A stretch of DNA of 64,000 bases from Acidobacteriota bacterium (GCA_965263035.1 OZ253580.1:448001-512000); one strand, 5' to 3'; numbered from the stretch's first letter, positions 19,601-28,880 are shown. Notes: generated from the letters alone by a model not told the origin. Numbers and translations are program-made.

Positions 19601-20726
19601 AACACCGGTGCTCGAAGTGATCGAAAGAAAGCTTGCCTACCGCAGCATGAACGTAGCGCAACGCGTCTACTGGCTGGTTGCGGGCCTTGTTGCTTCGCCG
19701 GAGTCCTATATCGAGAGGCTCGAATCCTATGTTGCCGGGAACGAGGTTCGAGTTCGTCATTTAGCCGAGGCAGTCACTGGAGTTCGAGGGGGATCGGATC
19801 CAATCGAACGCTTGGACGGTTCGGCGGTGAAGCTCTTGATCCGGATGATGGGTGTCTCCTACAGGCCAAATTCGCACACTATGTCGGAAAAAGAACACGT
19901 CTATACACTAGACCGGAAAACAGCCGACCACATTCGTTGGGCCATTGGTCGACTCGCCTCCGACCCTTCACAGAGTGCTGCCGGAATCCTCCATTCGCTC
20001 GCGAAAGACGACAACCTGATTCCATGGCGACCCGATCTTAACTATGCAATAACTCAGCAGAATGATCTGCGCCGCGACGCCTGCTTCCGGCATGGGAACA
20101 TCGAACAGGTGATTCAGGTGCTCGACAACCGGAAACCGGCGAACGCTGCCGATCTGGCCGCGCTAACGACCGAGTATTTGCGAGAAATCTCAGCGAATAT
20201 CCAAGATGGGAACACTTCCGACTGGCGCCAGTATTGGAACGATGTCAACCACAGGCCCTCGAACCCTAAGCACGAAGATCGCTGTCGAGACGCACTGCTC
20301 TCAGACCTGCAACACAGGTTGAAGCCATTGGACATCGACGCCCAGCCGGAAGGCCGTTACGCCGACGACAAACGTTCGGACATCCGCGTCTCGTTTGGGA
20401 AATTCAACGTCCCGGTGGAGATCAAGAAAAGCTGTCATCGCGATCTGTGGAGCGCCATCAGAAGGCAGTTGATCGCCAAATACACCCGCGATCCGGGCGC
20501 ACACGGCTACGGAATCTATCTCGTTTTCTGGTTCGGAAACACGGAACATTGCCGACCGACACCGGGGGAGAAGTCCCCTCCGAAGAGCGCCGCCCAACTC
20601 GAAGAACGTCTGCGCGACCCCCTCTCAGAGGAAGAGAAACGCAAGATTTCGATTTGCGTCATCGATGTTGCCAAGCCCGACATACAGCGCGGCACAATTC
20701 GGCGTGACCTTCACACAGATCGATGA
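16617..20726 (+). CDS. NACHT/STAND NTPase with long helical region and C-terminal PD-(D/E)xK nuclease-like domain
   Basis: GAPGAGKT, LFIDGLDE, LSCR, NPQSL, HRQVGEFLAA; C-terminal EDRCRD...PEGRY..KRSDI...VPVEIKK...YGIYLVFWFG. Confidence 0.85.
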   Translation: MTHYVARTCTEIREKDERGESEIRSRSLDDFRDLDAYVLLGAPGAGKTEAFKREAAMCPDGRRVSARNLVRSTDRYRWHDATLFIDGLDEIRAGSTDGRTPLDRIHSKLNSLGCPRFRLSCREADWFGANDRTHLKTVSADGEVSVLRLDPLSEDNIREILRRNLHIHDADSFIASARERGINGLLPNPQSLRMLAAAVAGGRWPETRKETFDLACRTLLKEHNREHQIAKRDAFDISSLMDVAGRLCVVQLLTGNAGYALTGNGIGDTDYPGLEQIPGDNRPILRHTLGTKLFEGPSEGRLAPVHRQVGEFLAARYLASLIGKGLPVGRILALLTGHDGVPVSELRGLTAWLAAHSKTSRSEIIARDPLGTILYGDVREFSTHEKRRLLEYLDREAKTKPWFWGLFGMDARLGDITTPDMGEAIRETLRDSARDDARQSFVRIVLMSVTHNRVLAGLSVPIIQIVRDDNWTPGVRLAAIDALTRQMGKTEAAVARLKSLLEDIESGSVSDPEDELLGSLLTQLYPVKLSPTEVLRYFRRPKVAPYIGTYLLFWVNRVPNISTNSQLAQLLDAIARDYQQLSPEFVGLEEQVNPLRRVPLLLLKRFLETLDKNISPNRLLKWLKIVSIPEFRESPDQVEFIRNWLICRPSLLQETLTLGVELCADSGNFSHCVNEMERRLFDVPWPPEWCLEQALSSTNRNVARHFIQRVADFVHGHPSDESLSRGKVRDRLVENPILMRAFDQRLTFFGDIITQQKDQRLQYDENKRQFKQDWCDRVSAHKTALRENRCPPALLHDLALAYMGHFVNVEGETPLARLENLLDNDQDLIHAVLEGLRGSIERSDLPRADKVLQLDTQNQQHLLTWPFMAGLEEATHTASKRKFSLHEKQMRLALTIHFTVLMPFGAPQSPRWIPSLLTSHPDVVAEVLVSSVRSKINSNANFADYLYELAQLEDHAEVARLATLPLLKVFPVRCSRRHLPALQVLLEMALRHCEETPVLEVIERKLAYRSMNVAQRVYWLVAGLVASPESYIERLESYVAGNEVRVRHLAEAVTGVRGGSDPIERLDGSAVKLLIRMMGVSYRPNSHTMSEKEHVYTLDRKTADHIRWAIGRLASDPSQSAAGILHSLAKDDNLIPWRPDLNYAITQQNDLRRDACFRHGNIEQVIQVLDNRKPANAADLAALTTEYLREISANIQDGNTSDWRQYWNDVNHRPSNPKHEDRCRDALLSDLQHRLKPLDIDAQPEGRYADDKRSDIRVSFGKFNVPVEIKKSCHRDLWSAIRRQLIAKYTRDPGAHGYGIYLVFWFGNTEHCRPTPGEKSPPKSAAQLEERLRDPLSEEEKRKISICVIDVAKPDIQRGTIRRDLHTDR

Positions 20727-20792
20727 TGGGGGCGCTGTCCACCACGAATCGTCCGGCCGATGGGTAGTGTATCACTCCAACCCTTAAGTATA

Positions 20793-20900
20793 TCAGTTTC
20801 CCCTGATCCATAAAGGGTCAGCAGCACCCGCCGCTTGACATCTAAGGCCCGCTACAGTATACATAATCTGCGCTCGCCTTTGAGTTGATAGCCTGTTCAT
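20793..20900 (-). pseudogene. Short ORF resembling the N-terminus of an IS1-family-like transposase
   Basis: Strong AAGGAGG RBS, then MNRLSTQRRAQI, which resembles MNKL..EKRAQI starts; only 35 codons. Confidence 0.4.
20835..20863 (+). promoter_or_regulatory. Sigma70-like promoter
   Basis: TTGACA-N17-TATACA. Confidence 0.45.
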
Positions 20901-20930
20901 AATACGCCTCCTTCCTATCCTCCTAAACCC

Positions 20931-20964
20931 AAAAGGCGAAAGGACCGACATTTCTGCCGGTCCT
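20931..20964 (-). terminator. Probable intrinsic terminator after the IS-interrupted gene
   Basis: AGGACCGGCA-GAAA-TGTCGGTCCT hairpin followed by TTCGCCTTTT on the minus strand. Confidence 0.45.
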
Positions 20965-21063
20965 CTCTAGTTTAACTGATCCTTCAGCGCAAGTTAGTCT
21001 GACGTGACGAACTTCATCCACTCACCCTCATAACAATAATATGCAACGGAAGCCTTCTCTAGA

Positions 21064-23059
21064 CCCAGATTATTCATCACGCAAACATAAAATGAGCAAG
21101 CGTGCCCGTCATGTCGAGTCGGATCAGAGGGTTACCGGATACCCACAGAAAACGGATGGGACCCGACCTGGGTGAAACGCTATCTTTGTTGTCAACGTCG
21201 GTTTAACCCCAGGATTCAAGGGGGGCCGAAACCCAAGCATTTCCACGGTTTGCGTCCCCTCCAAGGGCGGCATAAAGAGACGGCGTGCCCGTCATTTGTG
21301 GTATGATTATAGTGCTAAGAAACAACCACAATAAACGGAGCACGCCATGCCTGAGACGATACCGCAGATCCGGCCCTCATTCAACCGATCCCTCCGCCTC
21401 GAGACCCGCCCCGAGTTGCTCAGTGCGGACACGGGAGCCCTGGTGCAGCGGGAGCTGATGGAGCGCAGCGGCCTCATCGACTGGTTGACCGAGCGGTTGC
21501 ACGATCCGCGACACCCGAGTTCGATCCGCTATCCGCTGTCGGATCTGCTGCGAACTCGACTCCTGCTGCTGGGGCAGGGCTGGCGCGACCAGTCCGACGC
21601 CGACCGCCTGCGTCAGGATCCGAGCTTGCGGGTGGCGAGCCAGACCCGTCGGGGCACGGCGGCCTTGGAGGAGGGCCACGGGCTGGCGTCACAGCCGACC
21701 TTGTCCCGACTGTTGGACACGCTCAGCCGGGAGGAGAACCTTCCGGTCCTGCACCAGGCGGTGACGGAGCTGGCGTGCCGTCGGATCGAGATGATCGAAG
21801 GTCGGCGGCGAAAACGGGGGAAAAAGACCCCACGGAAGAAGAGACGGAAAAAGACGATGGTCCTGGACGTGGACGGTCTCCCGGTCGAGGTCCATGGGCA
21901 TCCCCCGGGAAGCGAATGGAACGGATACTATCGCCAGCGGATGTACCACGGATTGGTGGCGAGTTGTGCCGAGACGGGGGACCTGATCGACGGGGAGATT
22001 TTTCCGGGAGCCAGCTACCTGGGGAAGAAGGCGCTGAAGTTGACGCTCCGGGTGGTGGACCGCTGTCGGGGGCGTGTGTGCGGCTCGATGATCGTGCGGA
22101 TGGATGCGGGGTTCCCGGAGCCGGGGCTGCTGCAGGGGCTGGAGTCGAGAAGCGTGCCCTATATCGCTCGAATCCGCAAGAATGAGGTCCTGAACCGGAT
22201 GGCGAAGCCCTACTTGACCCAGCCGGCGGGGCGATCCCCGAAAGCACCACCGAGGCTCTGGTTCCATGAGCTGACCTATCAGGCGGAGAGCTGGGATCGG
22301 GCGCGCCGGGTGGTGCTGGTGGTGCGGGAGCGACCGGGGGAGTTGTATCCGGATCATTTCTGGTTGCTGACGAGCCTGAGTCGGAAACGATACGAGGCGG
22401 AAGCGTTGCTGGCGCGGTACCGCAAACGGGGGAAGGCGGAAGGCCACATGGGGGAGTTGATGGACGTGCTCGATCCGGCCTTGTCCTCCGCGAGCCGGCC
22501 CAAGACGCACTACCGGGGGAAGCCGCTGAAGTCGGAAGCCAAGCCGGAAGCGAGGACGGAGGCCGGGGTTCGACCCCACAACGAAGTCTTGTTTCTGCTG
22601 AATCTGCTGGGGTACGAGATCCTGCACCTGGGTCGGGTGCTGATGGAGCAGGCGACGCGTCGGGGCTGGAGTCTGCGTCGTTTTCGCGAGCGGGTGTTGC
22701 GAGTGGCATCTCGGGCGCTACGTCAGGGGAGGCGATTGATTTTCGTCATCAGTCAAGGGGCGACGGACTGGAAGCGGTTGTGGAAGAGACTGGCGCGGGT
22801 GTCCTGGGCGCCGGGATAGCGGACGGAGGAGGAATCGGGCCCGTGGAAGGGACCGAAACGGTGGGGATTTCTCACCGGAGAGTCAATCTGTCGGCGGGTG
22901 ACGGCCCCCTTGGCCGTTAAACGGTTTATGACTGGTTCAATCGTCCTGTTTTTGAGCCGATTCAGTCGAATCGACAGAGGTTCAAGAGAAACCGGGCTGC
23001 GACCGCACGAAAACGCCGGGTTGGAAGCCCTTATCAACATGTTCCATGAATAATCTGGG
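21064..23059 (+). mobile_element. Complete IS1380-family insertion sequence (1996 bp)
   Basis: Perfect 14-bp terminal IRs CCCAGATTATTCAT (21064) / ATGAATAATCTGGG (23046-23059); 5-bp target duplication CTAGA on both sides. Confidence 0.95.
21347..22819 (+). CDS. IS1380-family DDE transposase
   Basis: LSADTG, LHDPR, ASQPTLSR, LDVD, VRMDAGF, YRKRGKAE. Confidence 0.95.
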   Translation: MPETIPQIRPSFNRSLRLETRPELLSADTGALVQRELMERSGLIDWLTERLHDPRHPSSIRYPLSDLLRTRLLLLGQGWRDQSDADRLRQDPSLRVASQTRRGTAALEEGHGLASQPTLSRLLDTLSREENLPVLHQAVTELACRRIEMIEGRRRKRGKKTPRKKRRKKTMVLDVDGLPVEVHGHPPGSEWNGYYRQRMYHGLVASCAETGDLIDGEIFPGASYLGKKALKLTLRVVDRCRGRVCGSMIVRMDAGFPEPGLLQGLESRSVPYIARIRKNEVLNRMAKPYLTQPAGRSPKAPPRLWFHELTYQAESWDRARRVVLVVRERPGELYPDHFWLLTSLSRKRYEAEALLARYRKRGKAEGHMGELMDVLDPALSSASRPKTHYRGKPLKSEAKPEARTEAGVRPHNEVLFLLNLLGYEILHLGRVLMEQATRRGWSLRRFRERVLRVASRALRQGRRLIFVISQGATDWKRLWKRLARVSWAPG

Positions 23060-23608
23060 CTAGAAAAGCATGGTTGATCGCATCGTGTGTCCTCATGCTA
23101 GGCACCCCTGACTCTACATCCGACCCGGAAAGTGCGCTAGTCCATGGTGAGGCCCTAGAGATTACACGAGAGAAACCGATGCTGTTACGTTCAGGAACGG
23201 CTGTGTGCTGGAGGGAAATGTAGTCATCTCGTGCTACCAGCACTTCCGATCTACAGTTTACTGATCCACCCCATAACACAACAATCGTTGACCTACCATC
23301 ACGCGAACATAGTGCAGCCCAATCTGTCTGCTCTGGTGTAGCGAACTGGCCTGACACGATGTTGTGCTTTTTGTCTTTGAATCTCCAAGTAGCTTGAGGT
23401 ATTGTACAGCCCATTTCAGACAGCTTCCGCTGAACTTCTGCAGGCACGTACTCGAACTCCATTGGGGATAAGCGAGTGATGTTCTCTGCTGCCTTGTCGA
23501 AACGCTCCGTCAACTCCTTGTGCTCTTTCGAGAGTTGAGTCATGTTTGCAAGAGATAGCAGCAGAGAAAATAAGATGTAGATCGTCATCGTCAGCTACTA
23601 CCTCACTC

Positions 23609-23860
23609 TCACTTCGTAAGGTGCCAGTGATCCGGGTCGGTATGGATCTCCACCCGGAAACCCAGAGCCTCCGCTACGTTCCGGAAGAACTCCTGCTGCG
23701 TCTCCGTCATAGATCACAACCTGATATCGACGTTGCGGCCTTCGCGATGGAGTGAATGATCTGGTGGAGACCAGTTCTGGTTGAGATCGAACACTCCTCC
23801 GTCTTTCAGGCTGATGTCGTTGACGAATATGTTTTCACCATATTGATTGTACCCAATGGC
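23609..23860 (-). pseudogene. C-terminal fragment of a MepA/M74-like (LAS) peptidoglycan endopeptidase
   Basis: VNDISLKDGGVFD...WSPPDHSLHREGRNVDIRL*SMTETQQEFF...HTDPDHWHLTK*; internal TGA at 23714-23716; no proper start. Confidence 0.6.
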
Positions 23861-24118
23861 TCGTCGACGAGATCCTACAATCAGTTGAACACCACCATCG
23901 TCATGAGCGCACCAAGCTGCCCGGACTCGTGACACCCGATCTGTCCGCTCCTGGCCACAAGCCCGCCCGCAACTCGCCAATCTTCATTCCGACTCGTAAT
24001 CATATTCGCCGGGAGAGAGAGGTCCCCGGCTCGAAGACGCGAAAGCGGAGGTAGCACCCCTGTCACAATTCTGTATCTGCCAGGAAATCAAGCCCCCGAG
24101 ATCTGGGTCTGGACACGA

Positions 24119-24397
24119 TTGCAAAAGAGGCCCGACGTCTTTGCTGCCGATCTCGGAATCGATTCGTCGAGCCTTGCCCGGAACATTCGGAATTTAGACG
24201 CCCTTTACAGCCCTGCGAAGGATTCCGATTCGGCAATTGCCAAGGCCAAGCTCAACGACATGGCGGATGCACAAGACCGGACCGTGCCCGAAATCTGCCG
24301 TCTGATTGCACGTATCGAAGCCGGCGGCGACGGCAGCGAACTCCAACCACTGGTGGAAGACCGGAAGGATCTCTTTTCCAAATGGCGCGCGGACTGA
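24119..24397 (+). pseudogene. Probable C-terminal gene fragment, unknown function
   Basis: Protein-like helical composition; no convincing start or RBS. Confidence 0.3.
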
Positions 24398-24500
24398 ATC
24401 GATTGACCTCTTTCCGGCAACGCCTGCTGTTCCGGTTCCGGAATCGCACGGCATCATTTTTATGCGTCATGAGCGAAGTAGACACTCCTACGAAGATACC

Positions 24501-25004
24501 ATGCTTGAGCGCTTAAAACTCCAGAATACAGGTCTCGCTCCTGAAATGCAGCTTGAATATCGCCGCCGCGTGAATCTCCATGGGCACCGTCTGGGCAAGA
24601 CCTTCCACCTGGACGCCGCTTGGTGGTCCCTGACGGGGCGTTAGCTGCACGCCGTGAACCCGAAGTTGACCGTCGGATTCCCGGCAAGGCCCACCGATGT
24701 GGAAACAGTGGCGAAGATCGAAACCAGAGTTCGTTGGTCAGCGGCCCCCCCCCGGACCTTACGGCCACTTGGTCGCGTTTCGAAGAGATGGACTCGCAAC
24801 CACTTGGTCGGAGCAAGTCTGGTCCTGTATGCGCACTCCGATGGCTCCGTATCGGTTTGGGACCCGGCGCGAAACCATCCGGGCGGTGACGAACGCCACC
24901 CTACCGACGGCGGGAAGCATACCAATGCCAGCGACGACGATCCGGCGTCCATTCCGTGGACCCGCCGCCGTGGTAAAGTGAAGCCGGTCGATTCACCCGG
25001 GTGA
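24501..25004 (+). pseudogene. Degenerate ABC/AAA-type ATPase remnant
   Basis: MLERLKLQNTGLAPEMQLEY..RVNL...LGKTFHLDAAWWSLT has a damaged Walker A; continues in fragments (VLYAHSDGSVSVWDPARN). Confidence 0.55.
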
Positions 25005-25090
25005 CGTTCCGTATGAATCCGAATTGCGGCGTAGACGGCGGGTGACCGTGGAGTCGACATCCCCCGTTTCGAGTCCCCGGGAGATTCAGG

Positions 25091-26377
25091 ATGTTCCATG
25101 GCAGGAAGGAACTGCTGGACAAGATTCGACTGCGAGAAGACTCCTACCATGAAGTCAAGGAGGTGCGGTTTGCCGGTCATCGGGTCACCGCGCCACACTG
25201 CGACTCACTTGCCGACTCCATCGCCGCTTTCGCCAACACCCGCGGCGGCGGGCTCGTCCTGGGAATCGAGGCCAAGACGCACGACGTCGTCGGCATTCCT
25301 CTCGATCGTCTTGAAACGGTGACGGACTTCGTCCGCGAAGTGTGCATCGACTCGATCGACCCGCCCGTAGAGCCCCTTGTCGTCGAACATCTGCGACTGC
25401 CTGCGCGCACGGGTGAAGAGCTCGCCGTGGTCAAGATCGACGTGCCGCGCAGTCTGTTCGTCCACCGCAGTCCCGGAGGCTATCTGCACCGCATGGCCAA
25501 CGCCAAGCGGCGGATGTCCACGGAGTACCTCGCCCGACTGTTTCAACAACGCAGCCAGACTCGCCTGATCCGATTCGACGAGCAGGTCGTTCCGCGGGCG
25601 CGCTTGGACGATCTCTCCTCCCACCTCTGGAAGCGTTTTCGAACCGCCCGCTCCGGCGACGACCGGGAGGCTTTTCTGGAAAAGCTCAACCTGGCGCAGG
25701 TGGACGAGGAGGGTGTGTGGAGGCCCACTGTCGCCGGTGTGCTCATGGCCAGTGAGGACCCGCAGCGATGGCTGCCCAACGCCTACGTTCAAGCGGTCGC
25801 ATATCGAGGAAACAGGATTCGAGCCCACCCGGGGGCCATTTATCAATTGGACGCCGCGAACCTTTCCGGGCCGTTGGACCGTCAGGTGATCGAGACCTGT
25901 CGGTTCGTCGCAAAAAACATGAGGATCGCCGCGTTCAAGGACCAGGGGCGCATCGACCGTCCGCAGTTCGACATGACGGCCGTGTTCGAGGCGGTCGTAA
26001 ATGCCGTCGTGCATCGTGACTATTCGGTGTACGGGTCCAAGGTCCGGCTGCGCTTGTTCGAGAACCGACTGGAACTCTACTCTCCAGGGCCGATCGCCAA
26101 CTCCATGACCATCGAGAGTCTCCCCTTCATGCAGTCGGCCCGGAACGAAGCGCTCTGCAGCCTGGTGACGAAGTGCCCCGCACCGGATGAGCCCTGGCTT
26201 CACACGGATCGGCGAACCCTGATGGAGAAGCGTGGAGAAGGTGTGCCCATCATCTTGGACAACAGCGAACGCTTGTCCGGTAGAACGCCGGATTACCGCC
26301 TGATCGGCGATGCGGAACTGCTGCTGACGATCCATGCAGCCGGTGGAGATGGGGAGGACGCGCCGACACCTGTCTGA
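25091..26377 (+). CDS. AlbA_2 (Schlafen-like) plus HATPase_c_4 protein (often annotated as RecG-like or transcriptional regulator)
   Basis: EDSYHEVKE, IAAFANTRGG.LVLGI, EAVVNAVVHRDYS, RLELYSPG, RNE, EKRGEG. Confidence 0.9.
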   Translation: MFHGRKELLDKIRLREDSYHEVKEVRFAGHRVTAPHCDSLADSIAAFANTRGGGLVLGIEAKTHDVVGIPLDRLETVTDFVREVCIDSIDPPVEPLVVEHLRLPARTGEELAVVKIDVPRSLFVHRSPGGYLHRMANAKRRMSTEYLARLFQQRSQTRLIRFDEQVVPRARLDDLSSHLWKRFRTARSGDDREAFLEKLNLAQVDEEGVWRPTVAGVLMASEDPQRWLPNAYVQAVAYRGNRIRAHPGAIYQLDAANLSGPLDRQVIETCRFVAKNMRIAAFKDQGRIDRPQFDMTAVFEAVVNAVVHRDYSVYGSKVRLRLFENRLELYSPGPIANSMTIESLPFMQSARNEALCSLVTKCPAPDEPWLHTDRRTLMEKRGEGVPIILDNSERLSGRTPDYRLIGDAELLLTIHAAGGDGEDAPTPV

Positions 26378-26447
26378 GGGAACGCCAGAACACAGGCGGG
26401 TCGGCAATCACAAGTTTCTGGCGTCCCCTCCAAGATCTCTCCGACCT

Positions 26448-26666
26448 CTACTCAGAACGGACCAGCTCCCGGTCAGTTTCGTGTCCAGGATTCGAAGCCG
26501 GCGCACCGGTCAGGTATTCCTCGAAACGTGAGGTGTACGGAAGATCCTTGAGGAGGACGACAAGCCGAGCCACGTGTCGAGCAACGAGTCCGAGGATTTC
26601 CAAGCCGGAGTTCCGGTAGTCGATGAGCACGTCTGCGTCGAGGACGAACGTCGGCTTGATCGCCAT
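26448..26666 (-). pseudogene. Truncated PIN-domain gene
   Basis: FVLDADVLIDY PIN-like start immediately after the XRE-ImmA stop; similarity lost after ~40 aa. Confidence 0.55.
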
Positions 26667-28031
26667 CTAACTGACCCATTGAAGAGCCCGCTTTCTCAAG
26701 TCTTCGCGGGTGATTTGCAGGATCTCGGCGGCTCGCCCCAGAGAGATCGCGTTCTCTTTCACTGCCCAACTCACGAGCCAGGACAGGCGTTTCTCGGCAA
26801 AATCACGCCGGGACATCCCAGCGGGCTCGACCGAAGCGTTCCAGGGCCATCCAGACTCGTTCATCCGGAAGGGATCAGGAGAGTCGGTGCATTTGAGCCG
26901 TTCGTCAGCGGCCCCGCTATATTGCCGTTGGAACCGGCGCCACACGTCGGACGGCCGGCGACCCGACCCGACCAGGCGCAGAAGCACGACTTTGTAGCTC
27001 ACGCGGAAGATCCGCTTGACCTTCAGGACACGCTCCACCAGGGAATTGCCACTTATCGTCTCCCATTCATGAGCAAACGCTGCATCCGGCATCAGGAACT
27101 CGCTGGCGAAATGGTCGGCATCACGCTCCGATTGCATGGAGTATTCGGCGGAGTCGCGCCCGTACTCGGACGGGTGGAGCAGCAGGTGGCCGAGTTCGCG
27201 TGCCGCGGCGAATATCCATCCCTCCACGGATGACCGGTCCGACGCGTTGACGACCACAGCCGGACCACGATCACCCGGACCAATGCTCAACCCAAACAGG
27301 GGATCTTGCTTCCGCTTCAGCAGAAGGAGCTTCACCCCGTTATCCTCAAGCAGCCGGGCGAGGTCACACACGGGTTCCAACGATCCGAGCCCTACGGCCT
27401 GGCGGGCGTCCTGCGCGGTTTCGACCGGAGTCCTCGAAGAACCGGAAGTTCTCTCCCACTTGAAGCGAAAATGCGGGGGCTTTCCCCCGCTGACCCTGTC
27501 CAACCAGGTTTGGAGTTCGGTATAGGAATCCAGCCACGTCGAGACGGCCGCCTGTATCTGTTCGCGTCCGCAATCTCGTTCCCGGCCGGGAAACCTCACC
27601 TGTTCAAGGGGTCGAACAGCCACTACCAGTTCGCCGACCGGTACCGCCAACGTCTTCGCCAGATCGTCCACAGTGGGCCCGAGGGGAACCAACGAACCTC
27701 GCTCAATTTGCCGCACCGCCATCTCCGATAAACCGGCCCTCACGGCGACATCCTTCCGGGTCAGTTGCCGGTCCATCCTCAAGCGAGCGAGATTGACGGC
27801 GATGCTGCCCGCAATCGTAGTCTTCTCTTCCGGTGGGTCGACATCACCCCCGAGGAGCCTTGTGAACCGCTTATTCCACCATTCCTGGACCCTGGGCTTG
27901 TCCAGGTCCAAGCGCACATGGAACAGTTCTCCCGGACCCGGAAAGCTTGGCCATCGAAGCCTGCCGGAAGGTTCCCGCTTCAACTGCACATAGATATGCC
28001 GTCCTCCGGAAGGCTTCTTTCCCAAGTCCAT
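26667..28031 (-). CDS. XRE HTH plus ImmA/IrrE (M78) metallopeptidase-domain protein with altered zinc motif
   Basis: HTH NLARLR...LTRKDVAVRAGLS...IERG; WIFAAARELGHLLLH; ERDADHFASEFLMP; ISLGRAAEIL. Confidence 0.88.
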   Translation of the reverse strand: MDLGKKPSGGRHIYVQLKREPSGRLRWPSFPGPGELFHVRLDLDKPRVQEWWNKRFTRLLGGDVDPPEEKTTIAGSIAVNLARLRMDRQLTRKDVAVRAGLSEMAVRQIERGSLVPLGPTVDDLAKTLAVPVGELVVAVRPLEQVRFPGRERDCGREQIQAAVSTWLDSYTELQTWLDRVSGGKPPHFRFKWERTSGSSRTPVETAQDARQAVGLGSLEPVCDLARLLEDNGVKLLLLKRKQDPLFGLSIGPGDRGPAVVVNASDRSSVEGWIFAAARELGHLLLHPSEYGRDSAEYSMQSERDADHFASEFLMPDAAFAHEWETISGNSLVERVLKVKRIFRVSYKVVLLRLVGSGRRPSDVWRRFQRQYSGAADERLKCTDSPDPFRMNESGWPWNASVEPAGMSRRDFAEKRLSWLVSWAVKENAISLGRAAEILQITREDLRKRALQWVS

Positions 28032-28880
28032 TGCGATACCTAAGTCCGCGCCACTCTCATGGCGTTGCTGCTTTCTCTGAAGGGTTGCCGAACATCGTCA
28101 GAGTTCTTGTCGAAACGTTTCCATTCGGCTCGTGAAGCGTCCGGCTCGGTTGGACCGGGGACCTCCGAGTCACCCGCGCTTCCCGGAAGGGGGAGCGGGC
28201 CATCGTCACCTACACCTCGACGCGTGCAACTTGTCATATCTTCTCGTGCCCCTGCTTACCGCGTCACGGCTCGACGAAACCGTCTCGCGTTACGGCACCA
28301 TTGCGGTGTGAGAGGAGGCTCCGGGACTGACCCGGCGCCTATTTTCGGCCACTCGACCTCATAAGGAAACGCGTAGAAACGCTCGCGATGTTGTGAGTAT
28401 GTACCTGCACATCCCCGTCAAACCAAGAATGTATCTATCTGGTGGGTCCGACATGCGAATGTCCTCGAAGTCCCATCCAAGCTAAGACTGACAACGTGGC
28501 CCTCAACCCGATCGCCTACACCGAAAACGTCGTCCAGAGCTTTCTCCGCTACCAGCTCACGGCGTACTCCTTCACCGACCCGAACCTGTATGCGCAGATG
28601 CGAGACCTGCTCTCGCTCGATGAGACCCGACAATCGCCGCTATTCAAGGGACCCTACGTCAGTCTGTCGCGCCCGTTCCGGCAGGGCGCGGCGATCGACA
28701 GGCTCGTCGCCGAAAAACTCCTCCACCCTCATCTGCAACAACGGATACCGAACCAGATTACGCACCTCTACAGCCACCAGGAGCGCGCCATCCGGTCCAT
28801 GGCCGGCGGCCGAACGACCCTTGTCTCCACCGGTACAGGATCCGGAAAGACTGAATGCTTTCTTTACCCCATTGTTAGCC

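Larger units (their letters stand above)
20994..23588 (-). pseudogene. Exported hypothetical protein (candidate immunity protein) split by IS1380
   Basis: Removing 21064-23059 and one CTAGA restores ...DAINHAFLEKASVAYYCYEGEWMKFVTSD* ending at 20994; hydrophobic signal-like N-terminus. Confidence 0.85.
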
